Positions 53,942 through 64,000 of a DNA stretch of 64,000 nt are shown piece by piece (position 1 is the first letter of the stretch; each line of letters starts with the position of its first letter). This DNA comes from Octopus sinensis. Its lineage: Eukaryota. A program made the translations under genes and the position numbers. Below the pieces are notes generated by a model, which saw only the letters and a program-made list of their open reading frames with translations, did no database searches and was not told the origin of the DNA. The stretch lies in assembly GCF_006345805.1 (NCBI RefSeq), contig NC_043008.1, positions 43,400,001 to 43,464,000 on the forward strand, read 5' to 3'.

Positions 53942-54817
53942 TATATATACATATATATGAAACACAGTCCTTTCTCTCCCTTTCTGTCTCTATATCTCTT
54001 TCACTCTCTTTCGCCAAAACTAATCTCTCGCTGTCACAATTTCTATGTCTCACTGTTTTTCTTTTTTTTTCTATTCCTCTCTTTCTCTTTTACCTTCAGT
54101 CAATCTATCTATTTGTCAATCTATCTCTCTTATTTTCTATTCCATTCTCTCTCTCTCTCTCTCTCCCTCTTTCTCTCTCTGTATGTCTCTCTCTCTCTTT
54201 CTGTTTTGCTCTTTGTCTTTCTATTTTATTCACTCACTCTCTACCTTTTTGCTGACGTAAATCCAAAACGTCATGTTCTTATGCTGTGATTAACAGCTTC
54301 CATAAAACGTCTTGTTCACTCCAATTGTCCTCAGCTCAACTGAAGCCGCCATATCATAATTTACCAATTGAAATTGTTAGAGATACACTATCAGAAGAAA
54401 CTGAAAGACGATAATCAGAAGAGATTATCGTTTCTGCCTTTCAAAATCAAATTCTATAAAGAAGAGGGGACTTGAGACAATTAATTGCAGTTTTCAAGGA
54501 AGAAATTCAAAGATTCTGACAGTTCCAGCATTTTGTGAGATCATAAATCTCCCAAGACACTCCCATTATGTTTTTCCTCTCTTTATCAATCAAAAACGTA
54601 TATTGTCATTCAGGTATTCATAATTATCATTCTTCTCACCTAATGATTTTATTTTCTTATTTTCGTGATTCATTTTTATATATTTTATTTTCTGTTTTAT
54701 TTTCCTTCGTTACGAATTGTTTTCTCAATTTCCAATAAAAATTTCAAATAAACAATATTTTGTTTTGCCAAATAAGTTCCAATTTCCTTATGTTGTTGCT
54801 ATTATTATAATTACAAT

Positions 54818-55134
54818 GTGAAGGTGCGTGGCTTAGTGGTTACGGCAATCGACTCACGGTCGTGAGTTCAATACCCGGTGACGCGTTGTGTCCTTGAGCA
54901 AAACACTTTATTTCACGTTGCTCCAGTCCATTCATCTGGCAAAAATGAGTAGTTCCTGTATTTCAAAGGGGCCAACCTTGTCACACTCTGTGTCACGCTG
55001 AATCTCCCTGAGAACCACGTTAAGGGTACAGGTGTCTGTGGAGTGCTCAGCCAGTTACACGTTAATTTCACGAGCAGGCTGTTCCGTTGATCTGATCAAC
55101 TGGAACCCTCGTTGTCGTAACCGACGGAGTGCCA
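54818..55134 (+). mobile_element. SINE family D plus tail X (best copy)
   Basis: A box tggcttagtgg, B box gagttcaatacc, CORE-like gtgtccttgagcaaaacacttt and tail ending gtcgtaaccgacggagtgcc. Confidence 0.9.
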
Positions 55135-55627
55135 CGATAAATACATACATACATACTACATACATACATACATACATGCATACATACGTACATACATACA
55201 TACAAACAGACAGAGAGACATAGATATATACATACATTGGCAGACAAGCCGGCAGGGAGACAGACAAACAGATAAACAGACAGACAGAGAGGGGAGGCAC
55301 GTACATCTAGTTCATGGTAAGTATATGCGTTTGTAAATGTTTATACATTATAAAAAGATAGTTGCTGTGTCGGGTATTGAAATTATTAGCTACAAAATAA
55401 ATTGATCAGACTAATTACCATTTCATTTAATATTGCAATAGAGAAGATATTTAGCAATTAGAATATAAGTTAATTCAATTCTTTTATTACTTAATGATTA
55501 AATATTATATATTGGCATTTAAATGAACGTTGATATGTGTGAAGCTGTCGATATATTGAGAGCCCGCCGTACGCTGCAAATGAGTGTGGTTTCTTAGCAT
55601 GTAACATACTTTCGTTCATTGTGTCAG

Positions 55628-55780
55628 GTACCTGTGTAGTCACGGGTAGACATAGACACCCTCTCGACTATCCCCCATCATTTGAGCCAGTGTCGAATCC
55701 GGTATGTGACAGATGGAATGAGAATGATGGAAACTGGACAAAAACAAGATACACGGACCATTCGCAGCAGTCAGAGTGCG
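55628..55780 (+). CDS. Candidate internal coding exon (153 nt, symmetric phase 1) of an unidentified gene
   Basis: Acceptor actttcgttcattgtgtcag|, consensus donor gcg|gtaagt. Only one frame is open: (G)TCVVTGRHRHPLDYPPSFEPVSNPVCDRWNENDGNWTKTRYTDHSQQSEC. Non-repetitive, GC-richer island. Confidence 0.55.
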
Positions 55781-56443
55781 GTAAGTCCTAGCAGTTTCGC
55801 ACTTTTTTCCCCTGAGACCTCTCGAATCCGGCAAGTGCCAGAGTATTAAGCTAAAAGCATTAAGCTTCAGGGAAAAGCAAACGAACGTATACAAGAATGG
55901 AAACAAGAACAAGAAAGCTAGAATGTAACTTCAAAAGTGGACTCTCAGCAATTTTCATTTCACATGTCTTCTGTAGTAACACTAATAATGGTTATGCAAT
56001 TATTTTAACAACAGAACGGTGTTCAAAATCTGAATTCCAGTATAAATTTTGAGGGGCTGAAAATAGGGCATTTTATATCAAAATATCAGTCGTAATAAAT
56101 TTACTATCGGAAATCGGAAGTGTACAAAGCAAATTGTTACACAAAACGGTTTTATACATCTTTTTTTATTCATTTAACTTGTAATAAACAATACTTCTGA
56201 AACATTACGGAAATATTTCATTTCAACTATATACATAGACATACGCACACACACACATTCATAAAGACGAGCAAGATGTGCGCGTGTGTGTGTGCTCGTG
56301 CAGGCGTCGAGTATGTTATATTCTGCATAAAATAAGGAATCCCATATAAAAGAAAGGGAATATTTAGGATTAACTTAAGTACTTCAAATAATCAAATAAG
56401 ATTACATGTCTAAGGTAAACAGCTTTCTAAAATTTGTTATAAC

Positions 56444-56483
<40 letters not shown>

Positions 56484-57349
56484 TAATATAATAAATAATA
56501 ATAAATATAAGAAGAGAGAAGAAGAAGAAGAAGAAGAAGAAGAAGAAGAAGAAGAAGAAAAGAAGAAGAAGAAGAAAATAATACATACATACATACATAC
56601 ATACATACATACATAATTATACTATTACAGTTGAATTCCCCCGAGGAAACGCTCGAAGACCTCAGCAATCCGGCTTTGAAATAGTTAAAACAAGGAAAGA
56701 AGATTCAAATACATTCATTGGAGACGCCAGAGAAGAAGAGGTAGAAAAATCAAGGGAAAGAACTCTCTGCGGTTAAGCGGATTAAATCGCCTAAGATTTC
56801 CTTTTGCCGTGTGTTTGAGTCTCTTTTCTTGAAATGAAACATCTGTCCTGGCTGAGTGTCAAGACGGCTTCTATAGGGGCAACTCCTCACGGATTTTCCA
56901 ATGCCCCAGACGCAAAACAAAGGCGGCTTTTTACAGCCAAGGATACCTATTGAACACCTCATGTAGTCTATCAAAAAACTTCTCACCGCGTCCTACATAA
57001 TAATATATCTCATGATTCAATCAATAAGTGGAACACTTGGGTCGATGAAATCGAAATTTGAAACCGTTATATATAAAAGATCTACATTAATACATGTATG
57101 TGTGTCCATGTTTTGTGTGTGCATGCTTGTGTGTGTGTGTGTGTGTGTGGTGTGTGTGTGTGAGAGAGAGTGCTGAGTGTGTGTATTACCTATTTTTCAT
57201 ATATTGTATATTTGTAGTAGATTTTTTTGCTTAGCTCCGACTACCCAACCTGCTGTTGTGCACTCTGCGTGATGAAATATCTCGCATAGATGAACGAAGA
57301 TTGTACTGTCTCCTTCCGTGTGTATGTATTGTATTTAACACCTCACATA

Positions 57350-57477
57350 CGTACATACATGCATACATATATATATATATATACACACATACATACATAC
57401 ATACATACATACATACATACATGCATACATACATACATACATACATACATACATACATACATACATACATACATACA

Positions 57478-57507
<30 letters not shown>
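57350..57507 (+). repeat. (TACA)n microsatellite
   Basis: Direct inspection. Confidence 0.95.
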
Positions 57508-57509
<2 letters not shown>

Positions 57510-57828
57510 CTTCTAATATAAGGACAAAATTTTTCAAAAAATCTTATCAGTGGCCAGCGTATTAAAATATCTTTTAAGGTGAAAATAATAAACAATTATA
57601 ACTAAAGGCAAAAAGATAAAAAGTTTCTATACCGATATGATGAACAATAGACTTTAGATCCTCTAAGCACACACAATATTCTTTACTACAAATACACAGA
57701 TTGTTGAAACGAGGAAAGCAAGGTAACAGGATTTGTTTTAAAATTCTGTTATCCCAATATTTTTCAACATATTGGCATAGATTTTTTTTTTTGCCCTTAC
57801 TTATAATTGTTTATACATATATATATAC

Positions 57829-57860
<32 letters not shown>

Positions 57861-57867
57861 TATATAC

Positions 57868-58199
<332 letters not shown>

Positions 58200-58627
58200 C
58201 ATGTATATTTTTATCACACCTTCCATTTCCCGTCGATATGTAAAGTGACCGCTTTGTTCCTTTGTCCTTTCCTGGTTCGATTTATACACCCGTCATTCAC
58301 GGTTGCCGCAACAGCTTTACACATCGGGGCTAAACTAGTAACTGCCTTTCGTTCAACGAAGGCTGATGGGGCCAATATTTACCAATATATTCAGGCATAC
58401 TGCACGGTACCGTATGGCAAATCTTCCATATTTTCCTCATGTTGTATACATGAGGTTCATTCTACTCTATGTTTCCCTGACGTAGGCATACAGTCATAGC
58501 ACCGGCTACCTGCTCAGTGGGGTGCATTCATTCTCAGTGATAGAATACGTCGCTTAGATTAGCTAAAGTTACGCTGCCGAATTCATTTGTGCCTATCTGA
58601 TTTGTGTGCTTACGTTTTTTATATATA

Positions 58628-58659
<32 letters not shown>

Positions 58660-58783
58660 AGATATAATATACATATGTACATATACATATATACACGCAT
58701 GTATATATTTCTAATATATTTATTATGAATGTGTATATATATATGTGTGTGGTGGTGTGTGTGTTGTGTATTTATGTATGTAT

Positions 58784-58823
<40 letters not shown>

Positions 58824-58879
58824 AATTGAGATAGGGGTTGTAAAGCAACCCACATGGGATACCATGTATCCAAATTTTG

Positions 58880-58912
<33 letters not shown>

Positions 58913-58989
58913 TTCATTCTTTATTCTTTTGCTTCAGTCAAACTAGTTTCTTTTCCTGAGAAAGCAGTTTTTCCTGACATGTATATATT

Positions 58990-59028
<39 letters not shown>

Positions 59029-59499
59029 GTATTATATATATATATTTTTTTAATTTTCATTTAATTTTTATATTCTTTATACTTTTTTAATAGTTTTCGT
59101 CTTAATTTTTTTATTTTTCATTTTTATTGTTAATTTTTCAGGAATGTTATATTAATTACACTGAAATCAATCGGACAAACTAAATCCCTGAAGCTACTAG
59201 AATGAAAAAAGAAAAGAAAGCAAAAATTAAAACGAAAACAAAGAATAATGAAATAACAAGCATTTGGAGGAATTTTCTTCGAAATGGACACATTTCTGAA
59301 ATATAAAAACAATAATGAAATGAAACTTATAAACTATAATAATTTCTCAGTAAATGTTATTTATTGAAGAAATATAAATTATATTAATAGTAATTTCAAA
59401 CTCTTAGTTATTACTCAGAGGTATTGAGCTAACGAAAGATAATCTATAGGGTGTCCCAGAAAGATTAACCCATTGATATTTCTTAATTATTCAAAATAC

Positions 59500-59701
59500 A
59501 GGAGTAGCTGTGTGGTAGGTCGGTTGCTTACCAACCACATGGTTCCTGTTTCAGTCCCACTGCGTGGCACCTTGGGCAAGTGTTTTCTACTATGGTCTCG
59601 GGTCGACCAAAGCCTTGTGAGTGGATTTGGTAGACTGAAACTGAATGAAGCCTGTCGTATATATATACATATATACATATATATATACATATACATATAC
59701 A

Positions 59702-59743
<42 letters not shown>

Positions 59744-60180
59744 TACGTGTATGTGCATACTTACAGCTATACGTATATATGCATGCTTATGTGGGCACAG
59801 GACGTCACGAAACGTGTACAACAAAAAATATAGAGTACCAGTACATGGAATATGAACTATTTTTTCATATAACGAAAGGCACAAATGGAAAACAAGACAA
59901 ACAACATAAAGAACAACCCTTCATCAGTTGTTGCCTGTTTTTTCTAGTTTCGTATTAAATATATGTATATGTTTGTGTGTTTGTATTTGTCCCCTCAACA
60001 TCACTTGACAACTGATACTGATGTGTATACGTCCCCGTAACTTAGCGGTTCGGCCAAAGAGACCGATAGAATAAGTACTAGGCTTACAAAGAATCAGTCC
60101 TGGTGTCGATTTTCTCAACTAAAGGCGGTGCTCCAACAGGGCCTCAGTCAAATGACTGAAACAAGTAAAAGAAAAGTATA
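59500..60180 (+). mobile_element. SINE family A, full length, with a nested ~180-bp insert in its internal microsatellite
   Basis: Head at 59500-59660, (AT)n, foreign segment at about 59780-59955, tail at 59975-60175. Confidence 0.9.
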
Positions 60181-60184
60181 AAAG

Positions 60185-60890
60185 AATGGGATAAGGAAAT
60201 TTGGCACACACGTTCTAATGTAAATTGTCAATCCATGGCAGTGATTACATATCAAAATGACCACCTTTCGCCTTGCCCAAAGCCTGCAAACGAGTGGTCA
60301 TTGAGTTGAATGAACGCCGTGCCACCTCTTCATCCAACTCGACCCATGAAGACAAAAGAGCTTTCTTCATATCTGATACATTTGAATAGGAGCGAGCAGA
60401 AACATTACTCTCTAAGATGGGTAAGATAGCAAAGTCCATGAGATTGATGTCTGGACTTGAGGGTGGCGAAAACCTCGACTAGAGGCAGGCTAAAAATCGG
60501 TAAAATACTCTTTGCACCACCTCTGTGTTAAATTGGATATGTGGGCCGGAGCCCCGTCTTGAGTGAAGATGTAACGGTCACCAAAGGTTTCTATAACCCG
60601 GGATAACACTTTCTCATCCAACATTTCCACATAAACTTCACTGTTGACCTTCATGCCAATATCGATGAAGATCAAAGGAGACTTGGCCCCATCAGATGCA
60701 ACTGCGGCCCACATCATGAGCGAAGCCGGCTTTTGATGGTGTACATGAGTCCCGCTATCTTTGGCCAAGTCTCTAGCATTACGTACATAAAGCCTGCCAT
60801 TCTGCCTGCTGGTAAATGCCTCCACTGTGAAGATCTTCTTGTCGGACTAGACCAATACTTTGTTGGCGGCGCGCTTCATCTCAACTAATA
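60185..60890 (-). mobile_element. maT/DD37D mariner-like transposase remnant (catalytic domain)
   Basis: Minus frames KVLV*SDKKIFTVEAF, KPASLMMWAAVASDG, YIFTQDGAPAH, PPSSPDINLMDFA and KAKGGHFDM*; one stop and a frameshift lie between D2 and D3. Confidence 0.85.
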
Positions 60891-61539
60891 AATCTGCTTC
60901 GGTTGATTTTTACATTTCGTCTTACCATGTTCGATAAAACGATTATCAGTCAAGTACGGGAATCCGTTTAATTATGTGAACCTCAGTCACTAAAATATAT
61001 GACTTTGTACTAATCTTAGAAATCGATATTGTTAACTGTAACCGTTAATCCATTGTCATAGACTGGTGAACTTTTTCCATTGTCTCCGAATGGATGATAG
61101 TCGAAATTGAAATCGGTTCAGCGTGAGAACAAATACCACGACACATTTAATCCAAAGTTCTAACCACTTCACCATTTCGGCGCCTTTCGTTTCTGCAGAA
61201 ACGAAGAGATTTTTCCACTAAATTCAACGAAGTTAACGAAAATCCCAACCGACATTTGGATTTGTTTAATGTCACCTTCAGACATATTTTTGTCTTTTTC
61301 CTTCTTTTTCTTTTTTCTTTTTCTTGTAGTAAAATCTCCGGAACTTTGAGTGGAATTGGTAACCTGATCATTACTAAAAACATCCGCTTATTAACTTCCG
61401 CTTCACTGAGACGGATTAAACCGAATACAAACAAGCAGTAGCAGGATTTTGACACGTTGATCTGTTTGTAAAAAAAAAACATTTAAAAAAAACATACGAA
61501 GCAAACCACAAATGTTCAAATGTTTAACTTTGATGATCT

Positions 61540-61554
61540 TTATTATTATTATCA

Positions 61555-61596
<42 letters not shown>

Positions 61597-61615
61597 TATT
61601 ATTATTATTATTATT

Positions 61616-61662
<47 letters not shown>

Positions 61663-61691
61663 TATTATTATCATTATTATTATCATTGTTG

Positions 61692-61758
<67 letters not shown>

Positions 61759-61985
61759 AACTATTATTGTTGTTATATTATTATTATTATTATTATTATC
61801 ATTATTATTGTTATTATTATTATTACTACTACGACTACGACTATTATTATTATTATCATTATTGTTATTGTTGCTGTTATTACTACTAATATTATTTTTA
61901 TTCTTGTTATTGTTATTGTTATTATTGTTGTTGTTATTTTTATCTCCCATGTTGCTGCTGCTGCTGCTGCTGCTGCTGTTGTTGT
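61540..61985. repeat. Compound (ATT)/(ATC)/(ACT)/(GTT)/(GCT) microsatellite
   Basis: Direct inspection. Confidence 0.95.
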
Positions 61986-62089
61986 TCCTGTTGAAATTTC
62001 AACACTTCCGGTGTTTCGTTGTATCTATTTCTAGCCATTGCTCTCAATAAATTCAACATGGTATCCTCTTCAGCTTCTTTTTAGTCTTT

Positions 62090-62179
62090 TTCCTTTCGCC
62101 TCTTCAGTTACTTTTTCTTTTTCTTTCACTTATTTTCCACCTTCTTCATTTTCATCTTACTCTCTCTCTTTCTCTCTCC

Positions 62180-62210
<31 letters not shown>

Positions 62211-62517
62211 TATCTCACTTCTTCATTTTCCTCTTCTCACCCTTCATTTGCATATTCCACTTGACTTCTTTCCTTTCCTCTTCATCTTCTCTTCTTTTCT
62301 TCTTCTTCATCTCCTCTCTTTTCTCCTCTCCGTCTTCATCTGCTTTTCGTCCTCCTTTACTTTTTCCATCCTCATCATCATCAACATCGTCTCTTTCTTC
62401 TTTTCTTCCTCCTCCTTCTTCATCTTCTTGTCGCCCTTCTCTTCCTTCACTATCATCATTATCATCACCATCACCACTGCCATCATCATCATCATCATGG
62501 TCGTCGTCGGCGTCATC

Positions 62518-62548
<31 letters not shown>

Positions 62549-63100
62549 TCAACAACAACATCTCTCCCTCCTTCTCCTCCTCCTCTTCCTCCTTCTCCTT
62601 TTATTTCTTCTCCTCTTCTTTCTCCTCTTCCTCTTTCTCCCCTTCCTCCTTATCCTCCTCCTCTTTCTCCTCTTCCTCTTCCTCCTCTTCCTCCTTTTCC
62701 TTCTTCTTTTGCCTTAACAACACAGGAAACATGGTCGATTGACAAAGCTTGTTTAGATTATTAACTGGAGGAGATCATGAGTTTGATTTCTGCATCATCG
62801 CCGCCATCACCTGCCATCACCATCATTAACCCACTTCTCCAACTCTTTCCACAACTACTAACCTTACTGCTACTACTATTAACATTACTGCTATTGCCAC
62901 AAATACTCTACTACTACAACTAATACTACAAATACTACCGCCTCCACCATCGACATTATCACTTCCACTGAGATTATTCTCATCATCGTCGTCGTTACCA
63001 CCCCCACTACCATCATCGTCATCATCATCATCATCATCTTCAACACCACCCGCCACCATCATCATCAATAACAGCAACAACGACGACGTCGACAACAACA
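62090..63100 (+). repeat. Low-complexity pyrimidine-rich and (ATC/CAC)-rich tract
   Basis: Direct inspection. Confidence 0.9.
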
Positions 63101-63531
63101 GCAACGATAAAACGAACGACTTTGTTAACCTCTAGTATAACATCCCTATAGTTTTAGATTAAGCAAATCCTCTTAATCGGATAACTCTCGAAAATCAGTC
63201 ACACGAAGAATTGAACAACGCAGAACGAAAATTGTGCTTTTTCCATCTAAAACATAAAGCGTCTCCTTCTTTCTATCAAAGCCCCAAATCCCAACAGGGC
63301 AACCTTAACCTTCAAAAACCTCAGGGTCATACTAAATCCCGAACATACACTTAAAATGCCCAGAGACGGAAAGACTCGGTGCAATTTACCAGCAACTATT
63401 CCTACAAGCACTGCTCTTTTCTAAAATGATGGTGAAACTGGAGGGTAATTTGGCTGTTATTTCTAGCGTGTGGAGCAACAACATAGAAGTTCCTCAACTT
63501 TACATAATAATAAACGATAATAATAAACGAT

Positions 63532-63768
63532 AAGGCGGCGAGCTGGCAGAGACGTTAGCACGCCGGGCGAAGTGCTTCGCGGTATTTCGCCCGTCGCTAC
63601 GTCCTGAGTTCAAATTCCGCCGAGGTCGACTTTGCCTTTCATCCTTTCGGGGTCGATAAATTTAATACCAGTTACGCACTGGGGCCGATGTAATCGACTT
63701 AATCCGCTTGTCTGTCCTTGTTTGTCCCCTCTGTGTTTAGCCCCTTGTGGGTAGTAAAGAAACAGATA
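63532..63768 (+). mobile_element. SINE family B (young full-length reference copy, tail variant 2)
   Basis: aaggcggcgagctggcagagacgttagc (A-box-like), gagttcaaattcc (B box), ending gccccttgtgggtagtaaagaaa. Confidence 0.9.
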
Positions 63769-63849
63769 TCAATGTTGGTTGGTTGGTTGGTTGGTTGGTT
63801 GGTTGGTTAGTTCGTTCGTTCTTTAAATTGTATTGAGATAAATAGATAG

Positions 63850-63988
63850 ATACGACGGGCTTCTTTCAATTTCCGTTCGCCAAGTCCCCTCACAAGGCTT
63901 TGGTTGGCTCAAGGTGCCAAGTGGTGGGACTGAACCTGGAAACATGTGGTTTGGGAAGACGCAAACCACTTACCACACAGCCACGCCT
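63850..63988 (-). mobile_element. SINE family A 5' fragment
   Basis: acgacgggcttctttca...gggactgaacc...cttaccacacagccacgcc. Confidence 0.8.
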
Positions 63989-64000
63989 TAATCACACAAA

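Noticed and set aside
56620-57000. GC-richer island after the exon
   Set aside because: Multiple stops in the frames I examined; probably an old retroelement remnant I cannot identify.
58167-58499. 110-aa plus ORF in a unique island
   Set aside because: It starts in a (GT)n tract, has ambiguous splice sites and shows no recognisable motif; left uncalled.
61030-61190. Protein-like minus frame FNFDYHPFGDNGKSSPVYDNG
   Set aside because: It aligns with an old SINE family B copy.
61512-63104. ORFs up to 234 aa, hydrophobic or Ser/His-rich
   Set aside because: Low-complexity repeats; no domain signature or splice context.

Overview
AT-rich eukaryotic non-coding DNA dominated by microsatellites and decayed mobile elements. 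There is no prokaryotic gene, rRNA, true tRNA or CRISPR array. The repeat families resemble those I associate with Octopus (cephalopod) genomes; this is recognition-based inference, not a database result. Nearly all supplied ORFs are microsatellite translations. Supportable content: (i) about 35 copies or fragments of four tRNA-headed SINE-like families with shuffled heads and tails; (ii) LINE remnants (RTE/BovB, CR1-like, Dong/R4, possibly L1/Tx1 ORF1); (iii) a Penelope-like RT remnant plus several short repeats carrying hammerhead-ribozyme-like motifs, mostly decayed; (iv) Tc1/mariner remnants (DD34D-type mariner, two DD37D/maT, Tc1) and Tigger-, hAT- and piggyBac-type MITEs; (v) an 865-bp tandem duplication that may be an assembly artefact; (vi) one good candidate spliced coding exon (55628-55780, +) of an unidentified gene and a few weak ones. 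The most distinctive signal is the set of hammerhead-bearing non-autonomous repeats, especially a tRNA-headed element with a hammerhead tail. Coordinates were read by eye; element boundaries are approximate.
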